A stretch of 64,000 nucleotides of DNA from the human T2T-CHM13v2.0 reference genome, Homo sapiens (GCF_009914755.1 NC_060932.1); one strand, 5' to 3'. Positions 13,331-28,497 are shown, counted from the first letter of the stretch. Translations and numbers: made by a program. Notes: a model not told the origin generated them from the sequence alone.

Positions 13331-15833
13331 TAAAACTTATCCTTTATCTATTAGGGTACACATCTTTTTAAAAATGCATCAGATTGTAAATGATCCTTAT
13401 GTCCTCATGAAAATCAAATGTATAGAAAATTGAAACTAGGCTTATAGTTTCACGGTTTATAGTTTCGTTCTCCTGAAATGAGATTAGTTGGTTCAAATAA
13501 TTGTATTTGTTATTCTGATTGCTTGGACAAAATAAAGTTTTGGATATCAAAAGGCCATTAATAAAGTCATTTGTATTAGGCACAAATCAAAATTGTAACA
13601 GATAAAAAGAGAAATTATTTTAAAGATGTGATCATAACATTTTAAACTTGTACACATGCCCAGATAGTTATGTACTGAGAATATTTTATAAAGTGTGAAA
13701 AAGCAGAGTAGGCATAATATCTAGCTTCCACTGAAATAAGCAGAGTTTTCAATGCCAGTTTTGATGTTTGGCAATTTCTCTAATTTGGTGACAAAATATA
13801 TAAGCCATTCTTTTGATATCTAATGTGCCATCATGCTTGTCCTTCATTATGATGTTAATAGCATTGTTGCTGATGGTGCTTGATAAGAAGCATCTGGTAC
13901 ATTGGGACTGAGGCTTTGGAATTTGAAGCAGATCTCGGGCACTGCTATGTGGGCCCACTTATTGAATGAATTAAGGAATGGTAATTTGCATGACTTTTGT
14001 ACTTATATATACTTAATATTAGAATTTCTCTTACTAGGTTAAGCTTTCTAAATATCCTTACATATTGTTAAGTATTCATGGGGTGGGAGCTTGGAAAATC
14101 AAGTGACAAACTGCTGATCATAGGAATAGGGGATCATAGGTAGGGAAACTATGCATTTTATTATCTCATTCAGGGCCTATTTTGGAGTGAAAATACTAAA
14201 ATTTATTTAGACATCAGCACAACAGATCTAAACTAGGACTTTCCAAGGAAAAGCAATGTATAATTCCAGACTAGCTCCAAGTGACATGAATCACTAAAGG
14301 GATCCATGCACCCTAAAAACACCTTTGCCTTTTCTGCTTCTAATCTACTCACATGGTGGTTTGTCCTTGCTGAGTTGAATTGGTTATCAGAACTCATGAA
14401 AGTAAAAGAGAAAATTTGAGAATATCTCAGGAAAAATCAAGAGTTTAAAATATTTAAAACTATTATGAGACTGTAAGTTTCTTCAGGATAATTTTTGATT
14501 AATGTTTTTAATACTGTAATTCCTTTCTAAATGGCAAACAGAGAAAATTTTGGTTGTGTGATTATTACTTAGTTAAAACTATTTACTGAACACCTACTGT
14601 GAACTTAGCATTGCCATACTCTGTGATAGGAGAATAAGTTAGATATAATTTCTGTCTTCACAGACAAGGGCAAAAGAATGCAATTTGTTCTATAATAAAA
14701 GAATTTAATATATTTTTAGACAAAGTAATTTTATAGGCACCCCACAAAGCTGACTAATTCACAAAATGAGAAACAAATTTTTCAGTTTGCACATTAATAT
14801 TGAAAGATTGAAAAGAATTAATATTGAAAATAATTTCTAAAACTCTCTCAACTCCTTAATGATATAAACTCTTCATAAACATTTCCGGGCTTATCACTAA
14901 TTTATTTAGCTAAGGCCTTGATTTTACAACAATAAAAATAAATGCACAAATGATGCAGAATGTGGTCTCAATAACTGAAACAGATGCAATTACTTATAAT
15001 TCAATAAGAATATAATAATTCATACAGTTTATCAAATGTAAGGATCATTTGGCAATGCCACAGAGAACATAAATTACTGGATAATATGCAGAGTATAGCT
15101 AATAGCAATGAAATGGTCTCAGACCAATAACAGTATTTCATTTAATGCATCTAATATCTAAGATGTAAACAAGGAAATAAAATTAAGTCAAGTAAAAAGC
15201 ACAGTGTTACATTGTTATATCCTACACCATTTATTTGTTTAAAAGAGATCATTTTATGGGTCATACTTTTCCTTTAGACATAAATACTTCTGAAAGTGAG
15301 ATGGAGTATGGCACAAATTGATAACTATCTTTCATACTATAATACAGTATGGAAGGAACAACACTCAATAAATTTTTGTATACATTGGAGCACCACAAAA
15401 GAAAGAGAACCTCCATTGACTCAAAATAAACTCAAGTTTTATTTAAGAAATGCAAAGAGTACCCTTCCTGTGGATTTTTAAATGTAATATAACTTAATGT
15501 TAATTTAAGTTTATGTTAATAGACATGGTAGAAAAAAACTATAGAGTCCTTAAGTCATGTGGCCTCTGCATAATTCAAAATTATAACTCATCTGTAACAT
15601 ATAAATGTATAGGGTTTCTCAGGTTATTTGAGTATTTGGCAACACTGTTTTTTATTATTATATTTATATACCATAAGACATTTCTGGTTGATAGAAAGTG
15701 TAAAGGATGGAATCATAAGCATAATATAGCAAACTAGCTAAGACCAATGATAATATCTGTTTTGCTGATTAAATACCTAGTTATTTGTTACCTAAAATAA
15801 GTGGTAAACAATTAAGATAATCAAAGGTGATCT

Positions 15834-16185
15834 CATGGAATACTTTGCAGCCATAAAAAAGAATGAGTTAATGTCCTTTTCAGGTACATGGATGAAGTTG
15901 GAAGCCATCATTCTCAGCAAACTATGACAGGAACAGAAAACCAAACACTGCGTGTTTTCACTCATAAGTGGGAGTTGAACAATGAGAACACCTGGACAGA
16001 GGGAGGGGGGGAGGGGAGGGAGAGCATTAGGACAAATACCTAATGCATGTGGGCCTTAAAACCCAGATGACGGGTTGATAGGTGCAGCAAACCACCATAG
16101 CACATGTATACCTATGTAACAAACCTGCACATTCTGTGCATGTATCCCAGAACTTGAAGTAAATTTTTTTTAAAAAGGAAAAAAA
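15834..16185 (+). mobile_element. 5'-truncated L1PA 3' end with TSD
   Basis: L1PA 3'UTR (ctcataagtgggagttgaacaatgagaacac); TSD aatcaa(a/g)ggtgatct at 15819-15833 and 16186-16200. Confidence 0.9.
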
Positions 16186-16429
16186 AATCAAGGGTGATCT
16201 AAGATAACTTTATGATTCTTCCCAAGCGGTTTATTTCCCATTGGTTTGTCTTATACAAACCATACCATAGTATAACTCAAGTCTCCGTTATCACAATGCC
16301 TTTCTATATATTCTGATCCTCCATATCTCTTATTCACACTTTAATAATTTCTTTTTTTTTTTGACTTGGACAATTTATACTAGCATATGCTTATTACGTG
16401 TCTTTTTTATACTAGACTCATTTTGGAAG

Positions 16430-16960
16430 TGGGCTCACAAAATCGAGCAAAATAGACACAAACTCCTGCTCTCATGGTGTTTATATTCTAGTGGTGGAGA
16501 CAAACAAGAAACAATATAAATAAATAAATTGTAGCCTAATACTAAATGGTGATAAATGTTATGGAGAAAACCAAAGCCAAGAGGAGTAGGAAGTGTTGGA
16601 AGGTAGACTACAATTTTTAACAGAATGGTTAGAGATAGCACTAAAGAGAAAATGACATATGAGTTAAGACCTGAAGGAGGTGAGGAACAAACTTTGCAGT
16701 GCATAGGTCAAAAGGTATTCCGAGAGAGACAACATCAACTGCATAGGCTTTGGAGCGGGAGTGTACCTCTCCTGTTCCAAGAGCAGCAAGAAAGTCCTGA
16801 GCTCATGTGGCCTGAACAGAGAAACCAAAGAGAGGGTAAAGAAATAAAGTAAATGAGCAAATAATACAGCCCATGTAAGGATTCACATGTCAAGATGGGG
16901 AGGTATTTGTTTTTATCTGACTTAATTCAACAAGATAATTATGACTGCTGTATTGAAATA
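16430..16960 (-). mobile_element. L2 fragment
   Basis: cctgctctcatggtgtttatattctagtggtggagaca...gagttaagacctgaaggaggtgagga. Confidence 0.65.
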
Positions 16961-18179
16961 AATGAAAAGAAAAAGATGTTGTCTTAGGGAATTTCAAATG
17001 AATTTTATTGAACCCACAATTTATTGAAGTTATAAATTATTTAATACTTACAGTTTAATAATTTCATTATATACATTATCTTGCTAGTACAACTAAATTT
17101 TGAAATACATAAAAATATCAACCTATTTTCCAGATTCAGAAACAGATTTAAAGAGGTTGAGTAAATTGTCCAAAAATCACAGCGACTAAGAGGCAGAGCT
17201 AGAATTTGAAACCAAACTACCCAAATCCTGTCATACTTACCCAACAGCCCTCTCACACCTTCATTTACCACTGATGAATGTGGCAAAAATTGATCTTGAG
17301 GTGAGTCGCAAAATAAGAAACTTTCAAGGTATGTTATTGCCAGGGCATAATTATCATTATGATTAATTATTCAAATTTTTAACATTTTTACTAAGTCTGA
17401 CTTCTTGATTTTACCATTTTTAAGCTCAACATTTTGCTTTTGCAGATTTTGGTTTTCCTAAGGGGAAGTCAAATTTTTATCAGAGAATCTTGAAATATTA
17501 ACTATAAGAATATTGAAACTGGAGAGGTATTCTGAAGCAATTAGTTGAGACCAAAAAAAAATAATGAAAACCATTAATGAAAACCTTAGGTCATTTCAAT
17601 CTATCTTGCCTCAAGAAAATAGTAACATATCTCTGGATAAATCACTTAGAGAAAGATGACAGGGTCAGATTCAAAAGGTTTTGAGTCTTCTATGTAGTTC
17701 ATGCCAATTGTGTTCTAAAATTAAGCTGTAATAATAGGTTTCAGCCTCTTTGGGCCTTGAACTCCTAATACTCTTTAATTGTTTCAAATCTTTAAAGCAT
17801 GAACTTCTGTAAAAGCACCTAGCATAGTGCCTAGTATTTAGGAGGCTTTCCTTAGATAGCTGTTGACTGAATTGATAAATTAATTAATGAACAAATGAAT
17901 AATTAGGGTTAGAAAATCCCCAACTATGCTCGGTCTCTATGTCTAGAAACGATTTGACATATAATCCTTGCTAACTTTTTAAAGATAAATAAATTGCAAT
18001 ATCAAACAATTCAGAACATCTCAACCCTAAGATTCCACATTTATGTGTTAATATTGCCAGTAGAGCAGATTGCATAAAAGTTGTTTTTTTTTTAATTAGT
18101 GGAGAAAATGGGTGAAAACTGGCCTGAAAGTCTGAAGAAGGCAGTTTTAGAATGACAACAGCAACAACCACAAAACAGC

Positions 18180-18500
18180 AACAATGGCTAGCATTCACTG
18201 AGTGCTAAATATATGCTGAACATTGCACAAAGTGGATTATCTAATATACCTTTTCATCACTTCAGCGTACGAAGTGGGTGTAGTGTAGTAGTTGTTAAAA
18301 AGTAGAGCTCAGATCAGATTTCTAGTGCTGCTGCTAGCTAGCTAAGTGAGCTTAGAAAAATGACAAACCCTCTGTGTCTGTTTTTTTTCTGTAAAAACAA
18401 AAAGAATGATAATAATATTATATACCTTGTAGATTAAATGTGTTACTAGATGTAAAGTGCTTAGAATCATGCCTAAGCAATTGCTATATTCATATTAGCC
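18180..18500. mobile_element. MIR fragments
   Basis: aaaccctctgtgtctgttttttttctgtaaaa; gattaaatgtgttactagatgtaaagtgcttagaa. Confidence 0.6.
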
Positions 18501-18534
18501 ATTTAAAATTTCATTTTTAAGATTGATATTGATC

Positions 18535-19710
18535 AGGTCAATCATTTTTTATATGGTCCCAAAGCATAGGCAACAAAAGCAAAAATAGATAAATGTGAGT
18601 ATATCAAACTGAAAAGCTTCTATACAGCAAAGGAAACAATTAGCAAGGTGAAGAGACAATCTACAGAATGAAAGAAAATATTTGCAAACTATGCATCTGA
18701 TAAGGGGTTAATATCCAAACCATATAAAGGACTCAACTCAAAAGCAAGAAAACAAATAACCCAATTTAAAAATGGGCAAAGGACCTGAATAGACATTTTT
18801 CAAAAGAAGACATCCAAATGGCCAATAGGTATATTAAAAAATGCTCAACATCACTAATCATTAGGGAAATGCAAATTAAAATTGCAATGAGATATTACCT
18901 ATTAGAATGGCTAGGTGTAAAAAGACAAACAAAAACGTGAAGATGTGAGGATATGAAGGAAAGGGAATGCCTGCACAGTGCTGGTAGGAATATCAATTAG
19001 CATGGCTATTATGAAAACCAATACAGGGATTCCTTAAAAGTAGAATTACCATATGATCCAGCAATCCCACTTCTGGGTATATATCCAACAGAAATGAAAT
19101 CAGTATGGTAAAGAAATATCTGCACTCCCATTTATTTATTGCATTGCTATTCACGATAGCCAAGATATGGAATCAACCTAAGTGTCCATCAATGAATGAA
19201 GAAAAATTGTTGTATATATACACAGTGGCATACTATTCAGCCATAAAAAGAAGAAAATCTTATTGTAACAACACAGATGAATCTGGAGTTTTTTTATGTT
19301 AATTGAAATAAGCCTGGTACAGAAAGACAAATACCATGTGATCTCTTTCACATGGGGAATCTAAGGAAGTTAATCTCATAGAAATAGAAGGTAGAAAAGT
19401 ATTTACCAGAGGCCCTGGCAGTTGGAGAGGAGGGTTTGAGGAGATGCTGGTCAAAGAATGCAAAATTTTAGGTAGGAGGAATAAGGTCAAGACATCTATT
19501 ATACAACATGGTGACTGTAGTTAGTAACAATATACTGTAGTGTTGACAAATACTAATAGAGTGGATGTCGTGTTCTCACCACAAAAATGAGAACTATGTG
19601 AGGTAATGCATGTATTAATTACCTAGATTTTTGTCATTCCACAATGTATACATACTTCAAAACATCATGTACATTATAAAAACATGCAATGTATCTGAAA
19701 ATTTAGAAAG
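18535..19710 (+). mobile_element. L1MA ORF2 end and 3'UTR
   Basis: aaagcaaaaatagataaatg, aaatgctcaacatcactaatcattagggaaatgcaaatt, gatccagcaatcccacttctgggtatata. Confidence 0.9.
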
Positions 19711-20089
19711 TAAGAATAATATTGTAATATAATTTAAATCAATTGAAAAAAGATTGAAGAAACTGGGATCTCACATTAAATATACGCATTCTAAGTTTAA
19801 AAAGTATGGTTCAGAGAAAGTAATCAAATTAACCCCAAATCAACAGCTTATTATTACTTTCAAAGCTACCAAGCATTCTAATTAAATACCAGTAGGTATT
19901 AAATAGGAAATAAACTGAGAAATGAGGAAATTCCAATAGAGAAATGATAGCATTCATTATTTTCCAAACTTATAGCCATCTGCAAGGTAATTCTGAAAGA
20001 ACACAACATATGACCAGTGTAAAGACAAATAAAATTGTAACAACAAATACATGAAAAAGAAGAAGCTTAACACAGACACAAACACACAC

Positions 20090-20465
20090 AAAGGTAGCTA
20101 TGTGAGATAATAAATAGATAATTAGCTTAACTGTGGTGATTGTTTCACAATGCATACTTATATCAAAACATCAGGTTGTACACTCTAAATATATTCAATT
20201 TTTATTTGTTAATTATATCTCAATACAGCTGGAGAAAAAAAAAAAAAAAGACCTAAAACAGGCAAAACCGCCAGGCAGGCTAAGTGGGGATAGCGGAAGT
20301 GGGGGGGATTGCAGAGGCGTCTACTTGGATTGATAGAAATAGTCCACATCTTCATTGTAATGATGGTTACCTGAATATATACACTGTCAAAATTCATTGA
20401 ACTGTACAATTAAAGATGAGTGAACTTTATTTTATGCAAATTATACCTCAATAAACCTAATTATT
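20090..20465 (+). mobile_element. Two old L1M 3'-terminal fragments
   Basis: ggtagctatgtgagataataa...aattatatctcaata with poly(A); then gaactgtacaattaaag...aattatacctcaataaa. Confidence 0.65.
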
Positions 20466-20779
20466 ATCCCAGAACCTAAAGTTCTTGGGATACATGTGCA
20501 GAACGTGCAGGTTTGTTACATAGGTACACATGTGCCATGATGGTTTGCTGCACCCGTCAACCCGTCGTCTACATTAGGTATTTCTCCTAATGCTATCCCT
20601 CCCCTAGTCCCCCACCCCCTGACAGGCCCCGGTGTATGATGTTCCCCTCCCTGTGTCCATGTGTTCTCATTGTTCAACTCCCACTTATGAGAGAGAACAT
20701 GCGGTGTTTGGTTTTCTGTTCCTGTGTTAGTTTGCTGAGAATGATGGTTTCCAGCTTCATACATGTCCCTGCAAAAAAC
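20466..20779 (-). mobile_element. 5'-truncated L1PA 3'UTR without poly(A), with TSD
   Basis: Antisense L1PA 3'UTR; aacctaattatt at 20454-20465 and 20780-20791. Confidence 0.9.
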
Positions 20780-20811
20780 AACCTAATTATTTTTTAAAAA
20801 ATAAATAAGAA

Positions 20812-21734
<923 letters not shown>

Positions 21735-24700
21735 GCAGTTAACTGAGAAAGTACATATCTGTTATCAGGATGGCATTAAATCAGGTAAATAAATCATTTA
21801 GAACCAATATTTGGTGTAGCAGGAATACTGTCTCTAGTCATTAGCCAGAAATTATTTTCAACTTCTTGAATATAAATTTGGCCTTCATAATATATGAAGA
21901 AATATACAAAGTGAGATAGGAATTGTATCAAAATAATTCCAAGTAATTAAAAAGCAAAATGATAGAACAGTTTTATCATTTTAATTAGGCATCTACCTAA
22001 GCATCCTGGATAATTAATATTTAAAGGTTGCATAGTACAAAGAAATCAATAAAGTGACTGCTATGAAGCCAGTTGCAAAATGTTTTATCCATCATTTAAT
22101 CAATTCATTCATTGAACATTTTTCTTTGAGTGACTAATGGGTGATAATCATAAGTCTATTTCCTATATTGAATGCATTATAATAAGATATAATGTTTTTA
22201 AAGCACCTGAGAATATTAACTGTAGACCGTGATAAGCTGTCTCACAATTTCACCAGTGTGGATAAAAACAGCCTTGACCTAAAGAGATCCATACTAAGGA
22301 GAGCATGTGTTTTATTTGACCAACTTCTAAGTGTAAACCCTTGTGTAGAGCTTATTCATTCTACTCCACTCCCCTCCTAATACTAGAAGAAATACAACCT
22401 TTAATAAGAGAAAGACATTATTTTTTTAAATTATAAATTAGATAATCAATACTGGTAGAAACAATGTTCACATTGCTGGAAGCTAATTGTGTTTTCTTAT
22501 TGATCAGCCTGAGCTCTGGATCAACTAGGGTTTTAGCCTTGCTCCCAGACTTACCACCAATACCTTTGAAAAGTAAAATGATTCATTACCAAATGAAAGC
22601 CAGAATGCATGACCCAGAATCTGGATTCTCTGAAATAAAACTATTTCAATTTTTTAAAAAATCTATTTCTTTTCTAGCAAAATTTATATTAGATTGCATG
22701 ACTTTTTAATTTTGCTTTATTTTATCAATTTTTAAGCACTTATTAAGAATAAGGAAATACTTAAAACTTTAAATATTTTTATAAATAAAACATAGTAGAG
22801 ATCTATATAATCTATCTAATCTATAAACCATAGTAGAGATCTGTATAATCTATATGATCTCTACCATGTGTTAGAATATTGACCTAAAATTATTCAGATA
22901 GTTATGTAACTTGACTGATTTATTTATTCATTCATTCTTTTATTTATTCAACACATATTTATCCAATCATATATGGGCAGGTCCTGGCTATGTTAAAATT
23001 AAGATAATTTTAGATAAATTAGATAAATAGAAAAGACAATAGATGGCTATACTGTCAAGCTGCCTAAAAGAAAGATCAATAGATGTCTATATAGTCAGAG
23101 TTGCCTGAGGACTCAGAAACCTAACATAAGAGAAATGTGTCCAGACCCGAATCCTCAATATTTGCACAGAGAAACTTAATTATGTCATTGCAAGATGATG
23201 GCAGGACTCTAGAGAATATGTGAGCCCAATCAAACCAACAGCAACAAATGCTCATTGATTTACAAGACAACTGCTGAAAATATCTGACCTAACGATCCTA
23301 GTGATTTTATTCTCTATTAGTGAATAACATGTAAGCAATCAAATTAATGCGAGATTGTTTTGGTATCATAGTAAAGCAAAAGCTCACTTCCACCAAAATT
23401 GGGCAGCCTGAATTACTCATCAGAAGAAGAATAAGGTGTGTTCAGTGTGGTGGAGACAATGACTTTTAGAATCAGATAAATCTTGACAAAAACCTTAGCT
23501 TCATTCTTTAGTGCTGAGCAATCTCTAGAAAATCTTTTTTTCCTCTGAACTTTCTCATTTGTAAATTTGGTGTGGTTTGTACAGGATATATCAATCTGAC
23601 ATACAGAAAAATTATTTAAATCATGAATAAAATTTCTTGAAGAGGCACCAAAAGGAAAGTCCTTTTATGATATGCAACAAAAACTTCCTAAAATCCTTTA
23701 TCTCTCTAAATATTCCAGAGGGCAGTGCACCCTGAAGGGTAGTCAGGGCCCTGGAGAAATACTTCTGGTGGGTCTCTGCCAATGTAAACATTTTAATTAA
23801 AATAAGTAACACAAAACTCATGGCCCTACATGAGGTATTACTATATATCAATAACAATTTAGACTAGCAGATGGAAAAGCAAGGATTACATAATTGTTTA
23901 CTGTTCAGTTAAGGCATGCAAAGATCCTCCAGGCATCTTTTTATGTCCAGAAACCATCTCTTCCTGTTCTTTACTTTCAAATGTATTATTACTAGAGAAT
24001 TTTATATTTATCCCCACAAGAAAAAGTTAATAACACCATTATTACTTACAATGTCATGGCTCTTTGGAACCTATTCATAATGAAGTAGTATGGACCTTCT
24101 TATCTCTACAATTCCCTGATACCATTTACTTAACACTGGTTACATCTTTACCCATGATTCTGGATCATCCATCATGGTGTCTTGGTATATTGGCTTCCAA
24201 TAACTCTCCCAAAAGTTATTGCTGTGCTTCCTGTCTCCACAGAATGCAATCTTAACCATGGAATGAAGAATAAATGAGAAAAATAATTCATTTTCTGATC
24301 ATGTTAAACTTAACCATTGTAATTTTATTGACTAAACATAGAACACCTCTTCCAGCCATATTTTCTTTTGAAATCTTTAGGCAATAGTAACTGCATTCCT
24401 AGAAATTGTTCTCCTTTTTATCATCTTCCTAAGGATTTCTATAATAGCCAGGACCATGAGCATTTTTTTATAGCACTGGACAATGAAACAAATGTTGAAG
24501 AGGAGGGCTTTTCTACTTGTTTGCAGACTCACAACAGAAAATGTGTCAATTTTATTAGCAACAAGCTTATTGCAATATGTCACATTGAGACAAATGCAGT
24601 TATGAAACATGTAAGAGGCAAAGGTGAAATTCAAATCAGAAAAGAGAGCATTTCTTTTACATAGGATAAGTGATAAATCTACGAGCACTTAAGTAATAGT

Positions 24701-25299
24701 AGAGAAAATGTCAAGCAAGCACCAGGTGAATGTGCAACATTTTCCAGGACTTTTTAACATATGGCAATCCTGAGCTATTAGAATCCAGAACTACCCTGTC
24801 TTATCCAAAATAATTAGCTGAAATATTATAGATACAGTCAATATTATTCTGCATATTTCATTTTACCTTAATAATATTTTGTGCCTCTGATAAATGAAGT
24901 TTTTTTAAGCATGATACCTCCTTAGGTGCAAAGTCTGGGGGCTGCACTTTGGTCTAGAAGCCCTAAAGGAAAAGAGTATAGCACCCTGGCCCTCCATCTC
25001 TAAACTATCTCCTAAATTCTCAACTGCCAACTCCTCTCCATTTCCTGTTGGCTTCTCATCCCACAGTCCCACTCCTCCTTTTTGCTTTCTGAATTTATTC
25101 TTCTTATCCTGGAGTCTTTTGTCAAATTAATCAATTTTACCTTAACCTTATTTATTGCCTTTTGTTTCCACTTTCAGTATTAACCAAATCTATGAAATAA
25201 AAGACCTGGAAGCTAGGAGGAGTGCCACAGGAAGTACTGAGAGCACCAACACCCATGAATCCTCAAATATTAACATTCGTGTGCCTGTCATAGGATAGT

Positions 25300-25580
25300 A
25301 ACGTTCAACAAATAGTAGTCAGCATTAGCACTACGACATTACACAGGTTGCATATAAGGGTGTTAGCCAGAGTAGATTCTTCCTTAAATTAAGGTAGAAT
25401 TTAAACTAGAATGACTCAGTTGAAATTTTGACTTTGAATCCTGGGAGAAGTGACTTGACTTCTCTGTGCCTCAGCTTTCTCATCTCCAAAGTGGGGATAT
25501 TTATCATTTACCCTTCAGTACTTGTTTTAGGGACAGTGCTTGGGGATAGCAAGCATTACACCAGTGTTAACCATTATCAT
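25300..25580. mobile_element. MIR fragments
   Basis: tgacttctctgtgcctcagctttctcatctccaaagtgggga MIR core. Confidence 0.6.
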
Positions 25581-27099
25581 TATATGGGAAATGTTAGCAT
25601 TTAATAACTTTTTCTGGTTCTCATTACTTGTCAGAAACATTAATTTCCCAGATTATCACTTACCTTACCTGGCTTTTCATTCTCTGGCAGTTTGAAGAGA
25701 TTTATGGAATCTGCAAGATAATTATCAACACATTTTAGAACATCTCTGGATGGAAACCTCCTGCAGATGGGTATTTTAAGGCATTTTATGTTTAACCATG
25801 TTAATTTTTTGATTAATATTGTGTAACTTTTTCTAATTCATTTCCCTAAATTCAAGCAAATACATATTTGTCTAAGACATAATAGGGAAAAATATAATTT
25901 AAAAAAATGGTTGCATGTTTGAAAAGTTCCCTTCAGTCTATAAAGTACTTATGGCTTAAAATCTGCATGTGCTGTCTAGAAAAAGAAGCATAAGCCACAT
26001 CCCTGCTTGGCAACTAATTCATCACTTAGATGAGGAGACAAGACATAAGGATAAATATTACAGACTAAACTTCACATAAATGATACAGAAAATGTCATGT
26101 GCTAAAATAGTTTGTTGACAAAAGAGAGAAAACACTGATGGTGTGATAGGAAATAAATTGCTGACAGGAATTTATTTTTAGCATTTGGACTGGGTTTTGA
26201 ATATGCCTTGCATACTGAATTGTATTTAGGACATGATGGTAAAATGTGTAAGTGTTGCAAATTCCTGTGGATGTAGGTATAGATTTTGAATCATCATTCT
26301 CCTGTGCCCTGGCATAACAATTTAGCATAAGGAGGGGAAATAAACCCAGAAAATGAATACCTTTCATTGATTCAACAAATAATATTCTTGAAGATCTTCA
26401 CAAGTAGGTGGAATCCCTTAGAGAAAAGCACTGAGTACTTTGTATGAATCTTCAATTAGAATTGATGTTTGTCAAAATACAAAATAGTTACAGTCTAAGA
26501 CTTTCCATAATAAATCAGTCTAACTATTCTACCCAAGAAGAGAGATCTCCTCTTATGTTTTGTGTTTTTCTTGAATTTTCTGCAAATACATTTGCTCAGT
26601 ACTAGTATCATGCTTTCTAGACCATATCACCTAGCAATAATCTGTCACATTCCATGATCTTTGAATACCAAATCAAATTCCTCTCCAATTTGGAGACTAT
26701 AACCAGGTTTCACATAGGATGGAATAATTATTTTTTAGCAGAAATTTATTGCATTGTGCAGTGAAGCCCTTGCTTATCAATCCTGACTTACTTATAGGCA
26801 TCGTTCTCTTTGTGCTCAAAGGGACTTTGAGTCTTTGTATCTCCAGAAAATATCACCAATCATCAATTTGCCGAACAAATCCTAGATCACTTGGCTTGAT
26901 GGAATCATCTGGAGAAAGAAAGAAGCCTAATATTTAGTGAATGATCACTACATGCCTTGCATAAGGAGAAATTATTTTATTTAATTTCTAGAAAAAAAAA
27001 AAAACGGGATAGGCACTGCAATAATTCCTTAAGCCAAAGGCTTTGGATCAGCTTTTCACCTTATAAAACAAAGTTTAGAAAAAAGTTCAGCATTTACAC

Positions 27100-27480
27100 C
27101 TCTACATTGTGGCTGTGTGATCAGGTTTTCTCTACTGGGATGTAAGCACAAAGAATGTGTATGATTTCCGCCTCACATGCTTAAAAGGAAATTGCTTGCC
27201 CAGGACGTCTTCTTTTCTCTTTCTCTTCCTCTGAGCTGGAATACAGAAGTGTCAGGGACAAAGCTTAGAGCCAGACTAGGACAATGCTGATGAATGGGTG
27301 GACTAAATAGAGAAAGAGAAATCTACTGGGTTTCACAATGATGTAAAGCAGACATGCCCACCAACCTAGACGTGCCTAACTCTTATATGAAAGGAAAGTA
27401 AACTTTCATCTTATTTAAGCCACTGCATTTTTTTATGTGTCTTTTTGCTACAGCCACTTACCCTTTATCCTTCTAATTAA
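27100..27480. mobile_element. MaLR LTR (MLT1-type)
   Basis: ctgtgtgatcaggttttctctactgggatgtaagca...ttatttaagccactgcattt. Confidence 0.5.
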
Positions 27481-28216
27481 CACAAGTGCCTTTTATCCTG
27501 GATGAGCTAGTTACCTAGAATTGGCTTTGAACTTGTGGGTTCTAACGGCATATAGTGTATAATTTATGCTTAGCGCTTGTGCTCCATTGACTGAATTACC
27601 TGCAATTTCAATATTATGTGCATAGCATACTGCTGCATTGGTTTTGTTGATGTAGAATTATAATATATGAAATGTGAGCAAACGTTGCAAACGGGGATAA
27701 TTATCCATTAAATAACTTGATATCCACAAGTTATTTAATAACCACAAAATTATTTAAATGATTAACATTATCTACGGCAAATGTTACCAATAATTTCAAT
27801 ATATCTCTGTGTGATACTAACAATATTAAGAGGAGAATTCCATTGCTTTTGGTTTTTAATAATTGTCTTAAAGTCATTCAATAACTCTATTTAGTGAGCA
27901 GGAAGTTTGTTCATACATACAAAAATACACATCTATGAATATAATTTTTATGATAGACATCTCATGTATGTGATTCACATAGGCACCCCAGCAATCTTTC
28001 TAGAAGCCATTTGTTTGCTCTAACGTAGAGTTGAAAAATTTTGGCACATACATGAAATTATCACCCTTATTCAATGACTAATAACCCCAAATTCCTACCT
28101 TTAGAATTATCCCTTTTGGTTATGATGCTATTTGTAGAATTTTCTTGCTAAATCAAAGGATATGTTTGCTAGCAAGAAGCTAGTAACACCATAGCAAAAT
28201 TAAAAAGTATGAAGGA

Positions 28217-28497
28217 GGCATTCTGGCTCACACCTGTAATCCCAGCCATTTGGGAGGATGAGGCGGGTGGATCATTTGTGGTCAGGAGTTTGAGACCAGT
28301 CTGGCCAACATGGTGAAACACCACATCTACTAAAAATGCAAAAAAATCAGGTGGGCATGGTGGTGCATGCCTGCAATTCCAGCTACTTAGGAGGCTGAGG
28401 CAGGAGAATCACTTGAACCAAGGAGATAGTGGTTGCAGTGAACTTAGATTGTACCACAGTCTGGGCAACAGAGTGAGACTCCATCTCAAAGAAAAAA
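28217..28497 (+). mobile_element. AluS (degenerate)
   Basis: Alu dimer with small deletions and a short A tail. Confidence 0.85.
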
